Source: Cercozoa sp. M6MM (Eukaryota; Protista; Endomyxa: Ascetosporea). Taken from it: a stretch of DNA of 37,264 bases. Of the stretch, positions 1 to 13,800 are shown one piece after another (within the stretch, counting starts at the first letter, position 1; the number at the start of each line of letters is the position of its first letter). The notes below the pieces were generated by a model. It worked only from the letters and a program-made list of their open reading frames with translations, was not told where the DNA came from and did no database searches. The stretch lies in NCBI GenBank assembly GCA_040357565.1, contig JBDODJ010000112.1; one strand, written 5' to 3'. The position numbers and the translations under genes are program-made.

Positions 1-44
<44 letters not shown>
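1..44. repeat. (TG)n microsatellite, intronic
   Basis: Direct dinucleotide repeat at the window edge. Confidence 0.95.
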
Positions 45-46
<2 letters not shown>

Positions 47-676
47 TATACAGACATATAAAATGCGCCTCATCATCTGTACATGTATATCGTACCACAG
101 AACCAGTGCGAGCGTTGATGTCTGCACCGACGTTGGACGACACGATGCGGGCGAGCTGCGTAATCAAGCAAAAATACCGGGAACAATAACATTCGACACC
201 TCAGGGCGTAGTACCATTGAATCCGGCTCGGAGAGCAACAGTGACGCTGTGGTCTCAAACATAGTGCCACCAACGTTGAGTTTGATCCGCACGCCTGTCA
301 GCAAGATTCAGATGCACTACATAAACTATCGATCATACTGTACCCCTCATAGATAATACCGCGTGTGGCAGACAGACGTGTTTGTCGCAATTTTCGACTA
401 ATCACGGTGTCGATCGACAGGTGCGGCTGTCGCTCTTCCTGTCCATGCGCGTGAGAATGCGAGAATCCCTGCAAGGCTAATTAAATCAAAGATCTTCAAC
501 ATGGAAGACAACTTACGCACTCGCTGTCGGTGTCAAGAGGAGGCTCCGACACTCGCGACAACGAGAAAGAGTATCTCTGCGGGCGACTCGCTGAAGGGGG
601 AAGGGTAAAGGGAGGAGGAAACGACCATTGGCAAAACAATATTGCCAGCCGTGACAGGCTCACCTTCCGTGATCAT
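1..676 (-). CDS. KCTD-family / T1-type BTB-POZ domain protein, 5' part (continues beyond left edge)
   Basis: Manual splicing from ATG 676 through phase-compatible GT-AG introns gives MITEASRPQRY...SATRG-VRIKLNVGGTMFETTASLLLSEPDSM-LARIVSSNVG. Exon 215-294 matches the BTB_2/KCTD start consensus (VxLNVGGxxFxTTxxTL...PDSML). Confidence 0.8.
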
Positions 677-1076
677 AGCACGTGCTGATCTGTTTGCTTC
701 TTATGAAGTACGTTTCCTGTCTGTTCTGTCAGTTAGAACGTGGCGTGTTAGATCTTCAACTTTTGTCACGTTTTTTGCCTTTGCCTTGTTTTCCTAGAAC
801 GATCGACGAACTCTCCGTAAACTTTCTGACTTAATAAAACGTCGTCACAGCACTGTAGTCCAGTGCAGTTGGCAGCGTCACGGAATGTCTTATTGACTTA
901 GTATCCCACCTGATGCATAATCATGCGTTGCTGCAAAAACGAAACCGAATGGCCATCGGCACGGGAGGAGCTTAGTGCTACGGTGTACGCGATGAGGAAT
1001 TCCTTCACCTCACAGGCTATTACGCTGCCATCCGACCGACGCTGCTCAACTAATCAGCGCAGCTGACTCGACAGAA

Positions 1077-3121
1077 TTAGCCGGAGTGCGACGCCGACTC
1101 CAAGCTCGAATCATCAGGAAACCGATGGTTCAAAATATGGTGATGTTCCTCAACTTCCTGCAGCAGGATCTCCTCGACGTCACCCGAAATGTACTTTGGT
1201 GGAGTTGGTGACGAGGCCTCGCCCAGCGCGCTACACACAGAGTGCAATGTGTGGACTCCAACGAAAGGGGACATCGTGGATTTGTACCGGTTGAGAGCAG
1301 CAGAAAGCGGCTTCTGCGGCACGCGGACGTTCCAATGCAGCTTTTCTCGAATGCTCTCAAACTGCAAAATCATATCAAAACACTTGACTCAGGAAAGCGT
1401 GCACTCAAATGGGTGAGGGCAAACAGGTGAGGGCAAAGGGGTGAAGAGGGTGAGGGTAAAGAGGGTAAACATGCCCATTCAGAATTAGCGCCAACTTCGT
1501 GTGTCACCGACGGCAGCGGAGTGCTGCATGTGCGTTTGTTTTGCTCAGGTTTCGCAGAGACAACGAGAACAGTACCCAGCAACACGCACGCGCACAGCCG
1601 AACCCCTTTCCAACGACTCTGTCCTCCTTCCTGTTCGCACATACTTAAACGCAGAGTTTGTAACTCCACATTAGCGGTACCATCGAACGCGCAGTAGGCC
1701 GAACCACGTGAGCCCTCTGGCATGCTAATCACCACACTACACAAGACGTCTACAGGGATGCGAAGGCGGACAATAAAACCGCATGACGGCACCTCACAGA
1801 AGATGGCAGAACGAGCGGTCGAAAGGATAGCGTGTGCGGACAAATCGGCGTGACCAAAATGTTGGCGGCAGTGGGTGCCACCATGCTGCCGCCAGCCGAC
1901 ATCGAGTAGGCCTGGAGAACGACAGAGCACACATAACCCATATAAAGCACATAGCATACAGAAAACCTACAGTCGATCCAGTAGGAGTGGAAACAATCAG
2001 TCCGTCAGCCACCACAGAGGTGACGTGGCACTCGTCCACAAAGAGTTCTAGCTGTGCGAGATGAGTTCCACTGCCTCGATCCACAACGAGCTCGTTTAAA
2101 ACAAGGCGCTCCTCCTGTTATACAAGGATATCAGTGAAACACACAAAATAATAACAAAACTGGGTACCAACAGCTTGCCGCGCGGCGAGAACACCTCCAC
2201 CAGCAGTCGTTGGCGACGGACAACCGGAAGACCTTCCTCCTCCTGCCGATACCAACGAATGTGCGCAGAATTAAGAAAGCAGATGCAGGAGGCTACCGGG
2301 TGCAGGAGTCGTTCGAGGTGCTGTTTGTACTCTTGCGGCAAAAACGGAGTCAAAAAGCCAAGAGATCCGAGGTTGAAGCTCATCAACTATCAACACAAAG
2401 ACACACAGCAGCGGTGCAATTTCGACAGATATCATTGGTAGCTCACTATGAGGCTTACCAATGGAACAGGCTTTCCGACCTGGTACAGTGAGTTAACATG
2501 CAGCAAAGTGCCATCGCCACCTGTGCGCATACACACAATCACCACTTGTCATTCACACGTTACTTGGATTGGTCAGAACTTCGATCTAACACCACCCACA
2601 TTAGACAATATTACCCAAGGTGACCAGCACTTCGACATCGCTGGGAGGATTTGTCTCGTCGAAGGTTTTGACTCTCTCGGACTCCTCCTGGTGCATTCAA
2701 AAGCAGGTTTCGTTCAACCAGGTTGCACAGTTAAAGAAAACACACGGGTGTCAACTCCGAAGTGATTTTATCCAGACAGCAGGGAATGCGCACCACTGAA
2801 CCACTAAAATGTATTGTAGGCCTAGAGAGCAGAAATTGTGGGTACCGCAGCCTTGCCGTGCGAGGTATTGCGAAATACGTACTAACGAGCGATCGGCTTC
2901 CACGTCACCGGGTTTGTGAATCAAGCTGCGTTGCAAGGGAGGGTAAATGAGGGGAGGGTGATAGGATAGTAAGAGGGGGTTGCGCGGGGGAGAGTAAATG
3001 AGGACGAGAAAAGGGTGATAGGAGGGTAAGAGGTGGGCAAAAGAGGGGAGGGTAGACAAAAAAGTCAGCTCCAGTACGCGAAAACATGAGGTCTTTGTCT
3101 GAAGTGAAACCGCTCGACCAT
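1077..3121 (-). CDS. NADK: NAD(+) kinase (multi-exon)
   Basis: Spliced motifs: [89 protein letters not shown]. The start codon (ATG 3121) and the C-terminal tail are less certain. Confidence 0.95.
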
Positions 3122-3577
3122 GTTTTCTGTCACCGGCTTGTACAGCAACAGTGTTGACAACTCAAAGCTGCACACCCTGTCAAAGCTGTTCGTACTTGTG
3201 CTTAGACAAAATATAATGACAATAAGCAGCAGAAAAGAGAATTTTACCGGATTTACAAACTGGACAGCGTGGACGGGCCTGCATGAGCTCTCGGTGAGCC
3301 AATGCTGTTTACGGGCGTCAAATACGCGTATCACGGGTTTCTAGTCGCTCGAACAAACTGGTGTTGTGTGTTCTGAATTACGAGCGATGGACGGCCGATA
3401 ATTCTGGACTGCAATTCAATTTAAATAAAGGTTTCGTCTACAGTAGGAGAATGGTCGGTGCTGCTCAAACGGTGCTGTGAACCCCCATATTTTTCTTTTT
3501 CTCGAATACTTGAACTACAAACAATATCGACAGAGGCGGCACGACAATCGTGTTATTTATTCTGTGCAGTCGATTTA

Positions 3578-6500
3578 TTAGTGAGAGAAGTGTGCGCGGA
3601 GAGCCACCTGCTGCAGCTGGCGACTAGCTGCACGTGCGTAAATCGACGCAACGGCACGTCTGACGTTCGTTGCCTTCAAACAACGCATGAGCACCCGCAA
3701 CGTCAATGTTGCTGCAGACAGATGTTTAAATACCACAGTATCATCGATGTCTTTGCCGGCGAAGAAGTCTTCGGCCTGTTTGGCTTTCTGAACAATCAGA
3801 GGTCCCACAGAATGGATAACGAATTCAGTAAACAATCAGCAAAGTTACCTCCTCACAGCGGAAGGACCGAAGCGCATAAAACACAATATGCTTCGTCATG
3901 TTTTTGTATTTTCTCATCAGCTACGCCACCAAACCAAATTTAATATCACAATTGAACACATGCAAGAGAGAAAAATTAACGTGTTACCTGGTTGAAGTGC
4001 GTTGTGACGAAATTGAATACGGCACACCGAAGCGACGGGCGCGCTGCCATATGAGCGACCACCATGTAGCTCTGATTTGCAGCGACGATGCCTCCTTCCC
4101 CGGACTCGCCGTACCTATGCAAGTGGTCAACGTGCGTATAGCTGCACAGCTGCACAAGCAAGAACAAAACGCAAAATCGTACATGGTGGACAGAAGCGAG
4201 TTGGCAAAGGCCTCGTTCTCGCCACAATAAGTGCACGCACGCAGCAGCAAGCTTCTTTCCTGTGCAGGAGCAATTGCTCAATTTTCTAAGTTACTAGACT
4301 TGACACTCACACGAAGGTACCTCGGCCAGAGTGCTGACTCCGTAGGCGTCGCACAGAAGCGACAGTGTGCCGTTCCCCGGTTGCTGCGAGACAGCGGCAC
4401 AGAGGTAGTTGCTTCGCACTACACAAATCAACTGAAACTTAGCACCCACCGAGTGCGTTCAGTAGATACCATCGGCAGGCAGTGCATGTAGCGACTCAAA
4501 CAGCATATCGACGTTGTCAAACTTCAAGCGCGACGCTGCCTCATCTTTCACACTACAGTCATATATATAGGTGCACAGATACCAGCTCGTCCTGTACTAC
4601 CACTGGTAGTCGGCAGCGAAAAGAGCGCCAAATACTGCGGCAAACGTCGGAGCTTGCATCTTGTTGTCCTGCAGGCATGGAGGGTCTCACTGGATCACAT
4701 GCCGAGAGGTATACAGCAAGAAACTACCTCGTACATAACGGCAGTGTGCATCGTTGTGTAGAGAGGCAGGAGAGCTTCCACCACTGCTTGGCACAAGTTA
4801 GCGTGCACATCGTCATTCTCGCCGTTCTTGTGCAAGCCCAGCAGCGTGCGCACCTCAGCACACACCTGCATGCACAGGAACGAGCTCTGGGACAGCACCG
4901 GAGAGATTCGAGGCAGCAGCTTCAGTGCACGCGCGATGTGCTCGTCGAACGCGAACGTATCGTCGACCAGCGCAATTAGCGACACAGCATCGTCTGCAGG
5001 TACACGTTGGTGCAATGAAAAGCCGAGCCACGGTGTTTACACGCACCAGAATCCTTGTTGACGACAAAGTCAAGACACTGTTCCCACAGTGTCTCGTCCT
5101 TCATGCAGACTCTGCGCAGATGCACCTACGTAACAAAACGAAGTCTAATTTGAGCATTATACGTGCACATACCTATAGAAGGCACGGCCGTTGGGAATGT
5201 AGACACGCGACGGGTCGGAAAGATCAACTTCAACAGTTGTCCGGTTTGGCAGCAGCAGCGACTTTGACTCTGCATCTCCAATGCTTCGCACCGTCACTGG
5301 CACGGGCCATTCCAGTGGGTCTGTGCACACAGCCAGTAACGACGGCAGAGTCAGCCCACAACCACTGTCGTTTCCAACCCATATTGGCGGCAATGTAGTC
5401 GGGCGCGATTCCAGCAGTCACAAAAGTCTCCTGTCGTAGAGACAACTTGTCTGTTTACAGACAAAACACATAAATGCAACTATGCCCTAGAAAAAGAAAA
5501 ACCGGCAGCATCGACATGAACGACCGGGAAATGCGGTTGCCGCACCCACTTCTCCATGAGGGAGACCACATCGACCTCCTGTGTTTGACAAAGGCGCACT
5601 GCTGTTGTTCAACTAGCTGATCATACCTCATATATTTCACGCACCTGACCAGAGGCGTCAACAGCTTCTTGCAAGGCGCGCCACAGGTCATTCGTTTTCG
5701 CGTTCTCGTACTGTATATGTGGGTGCACTTTCAAGAGATAGGGAGAGGAAGAGATCAGTAGTTGCAGGATGAATACCTTATGTTTCTTCAAGTAACGACG
5801 CACGCCGTCGAAGAAAACGTTGTCACCGATGAAAGTGCTCAACTGCTGTAATACCGACGCGCCTCTGTAACGTATAAGTCGTAAACACACATGCAAGTCC
5901 CGGGGAAAGGGCAGTGTACTTGGCGTAAGAAATCGCATCAAAATTCGCATCAGCCTTTGTTTCATCATCGAGGTCGACATGCACCGGGTGGGTTCCACTA
6001 CGAGGTTGCGTACGTGCGCGTCAAAAGCACACAAAAAATAGGCTGCATACGTGCTTTCGTCGAGGGCAAGAGCCGCACTACGCACTTCCGACGCAAACAT
6101 GTTCCAGATCTTCCACTAACAAGCATTCGGTAGACAAGGAGCCCTGGGCTCACTAATGAGTCTGTATAGGCAGGCACGCACCTCGGGAAACAAGGCATCC
6201 ACGGCAACGAACTCCATGAACCGCGCAAAACCTTCGTTCAGCCAGAGAGCGGACCAAAAGTCCATCGTCACCTGCAATGATGCATACGCATAACAGCAGA
6301 GTAGTCGCAGGCGAGACACTGTTTTACCAGGTTGCCGAACCACATGTGCGCCAGTTCGTGACACTGCGTACACCAGTGTGCCAAACACCGACACCATGTA
6401 CATATGAAGTGAGGTTACAGTGGTGCGTGTGGCTCGCATCAACTGCGTGCGACTCGTGTTGTCACGATCAACCAGGAGACGCTCTTGGCGGAAGGTGCAC

Positions 6501-7457
6501 AAACCCCAACCTACTCAAGCGTACTTTAAAAAGTAGGTTGGACAAGCAGAGTAGAGTACCCTCCATTGCACCGGCAGCGAAGGCGTGGATGCAGACCAGG
6601 TCCATCTTGCGCAACGGGAAGGGAATGTCGAACAGCTTCTCGTACAATGGGAGGCATCTGTTCACGACACCTCCACTCGTGCATCTCATGCCAAAAGAAA
6701 AAGACGGGAGTCACCTGCGAGACACGTCGAGTGCATGCGTGGCCCGGTGTGACATGCCAGGCGGCGTGTAGACACTCACACGCACACCGGAGGCAGTGCT
6801 GCAGGCAACGACGTCAAAGTCGCCGATGACCCACGTCAGCTGAGCATGGCAAGCGACGGGCACGATGAAGAAAGTTGCTCAGACAAAATGAAAACACGTG
6901 CAACGGACAAGGTAGACACTCATTCTAGGTGTGGTATCGAAGGCGACCACACGGCTTCCCTGTTCCACCGTCCAAAAGTCTGGGAACCCAAGATATCACG
7001 ACAGATACAGAAACCAGGATATTAGAGATACAGTATCAGATGAGGGTGTGTGCGCGCATGTACCATCAGTAGAATTATACTTGACCGGCGAGTAGTTCAC
7101 AAAACTGCCGCTCACGTCCCTGTCAAAACTCGCACAGAATAATCTGCCATCGTTTGAATTGGAAGCAATGTACCCAGCTTTGACAGCGACCGCGTCGTCA
7201 CTTTTGTCGGTATTCGACAAAGCATACTGCGACGCGAGGGCAGGAGGCACTAGTCGCACAGAATACTATGTTCCGGTAGTTTGCACTAGGCGAACAGCAT
7301 ACGAATGAGGCAAAGCGAAAACGTCGCTTTGAAGCACTACATAACAAGGTGTGAGAAGTGAAGGCTTAAGAGTGTAAAACAAGGTACCGGCTCATCGAAG
7401 CAGGGAAGAGCGCAACGGGCATCAGTCGCCTCAAACTGAAAACAACCGTGCAACGCG

Positions 7458-7542
<85 letters not shown>

Positions 7543-8085
7543 CTGAGTCAACAAGACAGTGTCGCCGTTGCTGCCTCCACAGCTCCGGTAGAAACCGGCC
7601 ATGCTGTCGCTGATCTCGCCAGTGTACTTCATTCGCAGCGTGGCATTGCCTGGCTCTGTCAACACACCGGTAGATTGGTGGTCAGGAAACTACGATGAGA
7701 AAGCACAACACCCACAGGCTCCGGCAGCCGCAGCACGAGACGACGAAGTTCTTTGTCAACGTAAACAGCCGTTTCGACACATTGCTCACCTTGCTGTACA
7801 CTTGCCGCCGATACTACGCAGCACAATGTATCTGCCACGGGGGGGGGGTGATACTGTAGAATAACGAACCAACTAACGAAGGGTCCGCGTGCAAGACAAT
7901 CTCTTGCGTTGCCAGCGCAACAACAACATCAATTGAAACCCGGCCATTGAAGGTATAGGTTTCAACGCAGGGCGCGATAGCTAGGTTGTAATGCTCCGGG
8001 AAGACCTGTAAAAGAAAATCACATGTACTGTACGCTTTTTCGTCCAACGCTGGCAAGCCATAAATACCGTCTTATTCAGACGCAT
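3578..8085 (-). CDS. M1-family zinc aminopeptidase (puromycin-sensitive aminopeptidase / aminopeptidase N-like)
   Basis: MRLNKT-VFPEHYNL N-terminus, GFYRS, [64 protein letters not shown] (6346-6360)-VTMDFWSALWLNEGFA (HEXXH-18-E), FDAISYAK-GASVL (catalytic Tyr). The C-terminal exons were traced less carefully. Confidence 0.93.
7462..7537. repeat. (GA)n microsatellite in an aminopeptidase intron
   Basis: Direct; lies immediately after a GTAAGT donor on the minus strand. Confidence 0.95.
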
Positions 8086-8628
8086 TGCTATTGCAAATTC
8101 TGAGCACGAAATACAGCTCAATTAATGAACACCCCTGCAGCTTACAATACTGCAACAATGATCTGCGATGTTTAGATGTTGAGTCGGTACAGAATGAGCC
8201 AGAAAAGTACAGTACAGTACTGTACAGTGTCCGACGTACAGTATGACGGGGACAGAAGATGAACAGCTTTAATTTTTGTCGTCGCTCCGGAGGCCTTCTT
8301 CCAGGCATTCTGTTGATAATAATTTAAACACATGGTATTTCAGTGTACTCTGATACAAAACCACACTGGTAGACTGCTTAATGTCGCCATTTAGTGCCGC
8401 TTGAACGCCTCTCGGTGGCTACACGATTTGTCCAGCTGTCCCGAGACATGTACAGTACAGCGAGTGAGGAAAATAATGCGCTAAACAGTCCCCTCCTACG
8501 CTTCACCGTTATCTTTTGTTGCACAGCTAACGGAGGTGGGTAGTAGAGCCATAACCGAAGCGTGGGAACGCGGCTGATCTGTTTGGCGATCAGTGAGCAG
8601 CTGGGGAAGAGGAGGTTTACAGCACCAC
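8086..8628. promoter_or_regulatory. Divergent intergenic region between the aminopeptidase and ABCG start codons (putative bidirectional promoter)
   Basis: Head-to-head ATGs at 8085 (-) and 8629 (+); recurrent GTACAG(TACAG) motif. Confidence 0.4.
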
Positions 8629-10788
8629 ATGGCACGCAACACCGTCACCGCGCTGTTTTGGTCACTGTTTCTGTCGTGTGCGCTTCTCTTTGGACGAATC
8701 TCCGCCGCAGACACATGTAACTGCACTTCAGAGACGACCTTCTGTGAACACACACAGCTACAATGCCAGAATGGCGGCTACCTGCGTAACTCGCAACTTG
8801 ACTGCACGTTTTTGTGTTCTTGGTTACTTTTCATTTGTAGTACCCACGTTCGACGCATGCAGCGCCTCCGTTACGTGTCTGAAAGAGGACCCACAACCGT
8901 GGCAACTTGCCAGTGCCGTATCGCACAACACACCATAACACCCCACCACCGCTATAATCGACCGTGTATGCCACAGGAGTGGTGCCGCTGTCCCGATAGT
9001 GACTGGGGCGGCACGCAGTGCCAGTTCGCTCGCAGTCAGAGCGCCTGCGCTGCTGGTCTCGAGTTCGACGGTGGCTTCGTCAATGTGCACGTACCCTTTG
9101 ACATGCAACAACTTTCGACTCTTGTGTTTTTGACTCTTGTGTTTTTGACTCTTGTGTATGTATGGATAGGAGAGTGTCGAGAAGGTGAGTTCGGAGTGCT
9201 TCACAGAGTACGCCAAACTCGTCGACGATTTTGTCGGCTTGCGCGATCATCGCATAAGCATCACGGTAGCCACGTGTCGATTGATCTGTATGGTGGCACT
9301 GCATGTTGCACACCTGCAGGCGTATGCGCACAACAAGACAGTGGACGCAGTGATTAAGGCGCGTACGAGGCAGCCCGACACTGATCAGTGCGGTGCCACG
9401 ACGGATGCCTTCTCCTGCAAGTACGTACATGTATTGTAACCTGTATACAGACACGAATCAGTTCGCATGTCGCAGGTTTTCCGAGTGCAACTTCTACACG
9501 GACACATCGGAAGACGTGGGGTCTGTTTTTTGTTTTTTTAAGTTGTTGTTCGCTTGCGTTACCTCGTGTGTTATTTACAGAGCGGTGTACGAGTGCTTTC
9601 ACATGGAGTGTTCCGCATGCACCGAACCTGGTTGCAATCCACTTCTGCCTGGGTACCCTTGCTGCCATATCACTCTCTTGCGAACACATGTTACGCCGTG
9701 CTTGAAATATAGCATTCTGTCCGGAATCAATGGCTATCAGGAAGAAGGTTTGAAGGTACACACTTGCCGCGCTCAAATCCTTGTCGGCACCTGCAGTTTT
9801 TTTTTAATTTTTGTTTTTCTAGTTTTAATTTTATTCTTTTTGATTTGTTTTTATTCTTTTCAATTTACTGTTTCTTATTTTTGACATATTTTTCAATTTT
9901 GTTTTTTTTTTTAAGTCAGCTCAGTATTATTTATTTATTCGTTTTTTCTATTTATTTTGCGGGTTTGTGCAGATCACATTCGCGGCCGAAAGCAAAGCGG
10001 CGACCGGTAGCAGCGACGCAGTTCTAGGCATTCCGGTAACACTGTCGTTTTTTTTTTTCTGCTTTGTTTTGCTTAGATGCGTGATGTTGTGCAGATACTG
10101 GCGTTGAACATGCGTTGTTATTCGGGTGCCTGTGTTTCGGGGATTGACCGAAACGAAGTCACTCCGCGTAGGTTTTGCTTTTGTTTTGCCTTATTTCCTC
10201 ACTCCTGTCTTTTCGTCTCGGCTCTAATAGAGGTCGAGGAACAGACTCTTAAACCTGCCGCCAAGTACGTCGCTATCTCCGTCTGCGCAATGGCCACGTG
10301 GGTTTTATCTATCTATGTTCGTGTATGTATGCACTTACCTGTGTATGTCTGTGTGCACAGTGTGGCCGTGTTGCTGGCCGCTGCTGCGTTAAACCGGCGC
10401 CCCTCCTCGGTTGTGTTTGATGACACCGCAGTCGATAAGGTTCCTTTGTTCCTCGTTCTTGGGATGGTGTCTGTTGTGACCTCCTCCCCCCCCCCCCCCG
10501 TAGACTGAAGGAGGCAGCACAGGCGTGGAACTCGTGCCGCTGGGCAGTGATGTCGATCGACACAGTAGCATGAGTGATGCTAATGTCGTCACCATTCGCG
10601 CCAACACATTACGTATTCTGCGTTCAATCTGAGTATATGTAGGTATTGTGTATGTATCCACAGTTAACAACGAAGGCTTCGCTTTGGCCTGGCGCAACCT
10701 CAGCTTCACTGTGCGTGACAATCGCCGCGGCCAGTCGGAACGTCTGCGGACCATTCTAAGCGACTGCACCGGCTGCGCTCTACCAGGT

Positions 10789-10869
<81 letters not shown>

Positions 10870-13800
10870 TGATGTGTGTGCCTGTACCAGTCTACACGTT
10901 TTGTGAGGGGCACGTGTTTGTATCTGCCAAACAGGTGAGGTGACAGCACTCGTGGGACCGAGTGGCTGCGGTAAAACTACGCTGCTTGATGCCCTGGCGG
11001 GACATCGGTACTCTGAGTTGCACCCTGCCCGTGTAATCATTCCCATGCATTCACAAGTATGCAGGCGTAAAGGCACGCTGCAGGCGGATGTGGCTTTATG
11101 CCCATTAAGCGACCAAGGGTACGCTGACATATGTGCAACCAAAAGCAATTTGTATCCTCACAAAAGACAGGCGACAAGCACGTGTGGCCTTTGTTCACCA
11201 AGAGAGCATGCTTTACGAGTCTGAGGTGCTTTCTTGTGTGACCATGTGGGTGTTTGGGTGTGTACCGCTGTTGAAACCCCCTGCATGCAATCATTACAGA
11301 CTGCATACGAGACGGTGGAATTCGCGGCACGTGTCTCACGGCGACACTGGCCGGCACTCGAGCTGCGCACTCACGTCATGGAGGCGCTACAGTCACTCGG
11401 TAACTCGAGACAGATCCCATGTATCTTTTTCCCACTGACGTGCGTTTGCAGGTGTAGCACATGCCTGGAACACACGCGTGGCAGCACTCAGTGGCGGCGA
11501 GCGACGTCGTGTCGCCATCGCGGCACGTCTCGTACAGCGTCCGGATGTGCTACTACTGGATGAACCCACTAGTGTACGACATATGGCGCATCTACCCAGG
11601 GTATACGCAAGGCACTGTGTGTGTGCGTGTGTGTGTCTTGTGCAGGGACTCGACAGCTCGGCCGCGGCACGTTTGGTGCGCTTGCTGCGGCGAACAGCGC
11701 GAGCACGCCGCTGCTGTGTACTCGGACTTTGCCTCGTGTGGGTGGGTGTAGGTGAGTATACCGAGCTTTGTTGGTCGGGCAGATTGTGCTGTCAGTACAC
11801 CAGCCAAGCGAGCGACTGTGGCGCGAATTCGATGTAGCACCTCTGTCTATAGTTCCGTATGTGTGTATGTGTCTGTGTCTGTGTATGTGTATGTGTATGT
11901 GTGTGTGTGTATGTGTGTGTGTGTCTGTGTGTCTGTATGTGTAGAGGGTGTGTGCACTCAACAAAGAAGGTCGCACTCTGCTGTCCACGAAACGCGACCA
12001 GGTTCCTGACTTCTTGGGTCGACTCCGTGCCCTATGCAGTGTCACTGACGACAACACTATCGATGCCACAAACGACGGTACCGACGATGGTTCTACGCCG
12101 TCCAATGATGCCACTGATCCTGCCGGCCAAGAGACTGCCGTCGATGATATCATTGACGTGGTTGGTGTCGAAGATGTCGTTGACTCTGGCTGCTTAGAAG
12201 ACCGTGCACCAGGCGCCTGTACACTTATCTCTCTCTCTCTCTTCTGTCATGTAGTGAATGGGTATCATCGTCATATAGTGAGTGCTGTCGAAGAGAGTCT
12301 TGCAGCGCTTCTGCACGAGGTGCACTCGTTGTACACCTGCAAACGCGTCTTTTGTCTCCGAGTGGGGGTGTTTGTGTCTGCAGGTGCGTGATGCAGGCGA
12401 GGCCGAGCAATTGCTGGACATTTGCGATGCACAACAGCTTGATGCTCATGTATGGATGCCCGTTCTCAGAATGCCTTCTGGATTTACTGTATTGGTTGTG
12501 TATCTGTATGTAGGAGCAAGTCTATCAGCTTGCGACTCGCTTCTTTGAGGAAAGCGAGTTCCACGAAAGGTTGCGACAGCAGGTGAACGACCTGTTCGCT
12601 CGTCGTGGCCTGCGCTGGATCGCTCGTTGCTCTGACACCAAAAGCGTCGAGTCGGACGACGAGGGTATCTTTCTCCTGACCTTCAATAGTTTATGTGCCT
12701 TTAGGGTCACTCATTTCCTCCTGCAGCTAACGAAGATGAAGCACTGGATGCCGTTCAGCCGTGTCAACGACCGCGCTGGCCACTGACGACGCTGTTTTTA
12801 ACGAAGCGACTGTTTCGACATGCTGCTCGAGATATCTCACTGCTCGGCACGCAGGTAGAATTTGCTCACCTTCCCCAGCATTAATAATGCATAACCCTGT
12901 AGTACCTGGCGTCGGTACTGGTGGCAGTGGTGGTGGGCATTGTTTTCTGGCAGTTCTCGATCAACATCGACGGTGCGCAAAACCGTGTTGGCGCCGTCTT
13001 CTTTTTCATGCTCTACTTTGTGCTCACTTCGACCTCTGCCGGTTTGTTGCACTGTCCTGTTCTTTCTCTCTTGTATGTACGTGTATGTGTACATGCGCAG
13101 CCGGTGCTTTCTTTTACCAACGTCTCACGTACATGCGTGAACGGGCCGCGGGGTGGTATGGACCCTCGCACTTTGTGGTATCTTGCACATTTGTCTTGTA
13201 TGTGTGGTGCTCTTGCCGCGAGTGTGTTGTCTAACACCACGATTCCCTGCGCTAGACGGCGACCTTGCTCGCTGATCTGTTGCCGTTGCGGCTCGTGCCT
13301 GCTCTCATTATTGGCTGTATCGACTACTGGATGATGGGTTTTCGCGACGACGGCATCAAGTTCTCGCAGTTTCTTCTTGTTGTACGTTTTGGCAGTGTCG
13401 CGTCTGCATGCTTGTACGAGTGTGTGTGTGTGCGCGCGTGGGCGTGTGTGTATGGGTGGAGTTCTTGCGCAGTTCGTGGCGTGTGCCACGTGTGCCGGTG
13501 CGGCAGTGCTGTTTATCGTCTCGGTGTCACCTTCCGCGCGGACTGCGCAGCTCGGTGCCATTCTATTCGGCATGTTCTGCGTCTTGGTACCTTTCTGCAC
13601 TCATGTTGTTGTTCTTGTTGTTCTGTATGACGTCGTGTGTCTTCATTTGTGCGAGGACAGTTTGGCGGCGTGCTTGTGAATACGTCGTCCCAGTCGTCTA
13701 AATTCGTAAACACTTTGAAATACGTGTCGTTTTGCAACTACGCTTTCGAGGCACTCGTGTGGAACGAGTTCCACGAGCTGCCCATGGTCTGGAAACCTGA

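Noticed and set aside
1-676. KCTD gene as an auxiliary subunit of the nearby GABA-B-like GPCR
   Set aside because: Animal KCTD8/12/16 bind GABA-B2, but KCTD-type BTB genes are widespread, four unrelated genes intervene and the C-terminus is outside the window. There is no evidence of a link.
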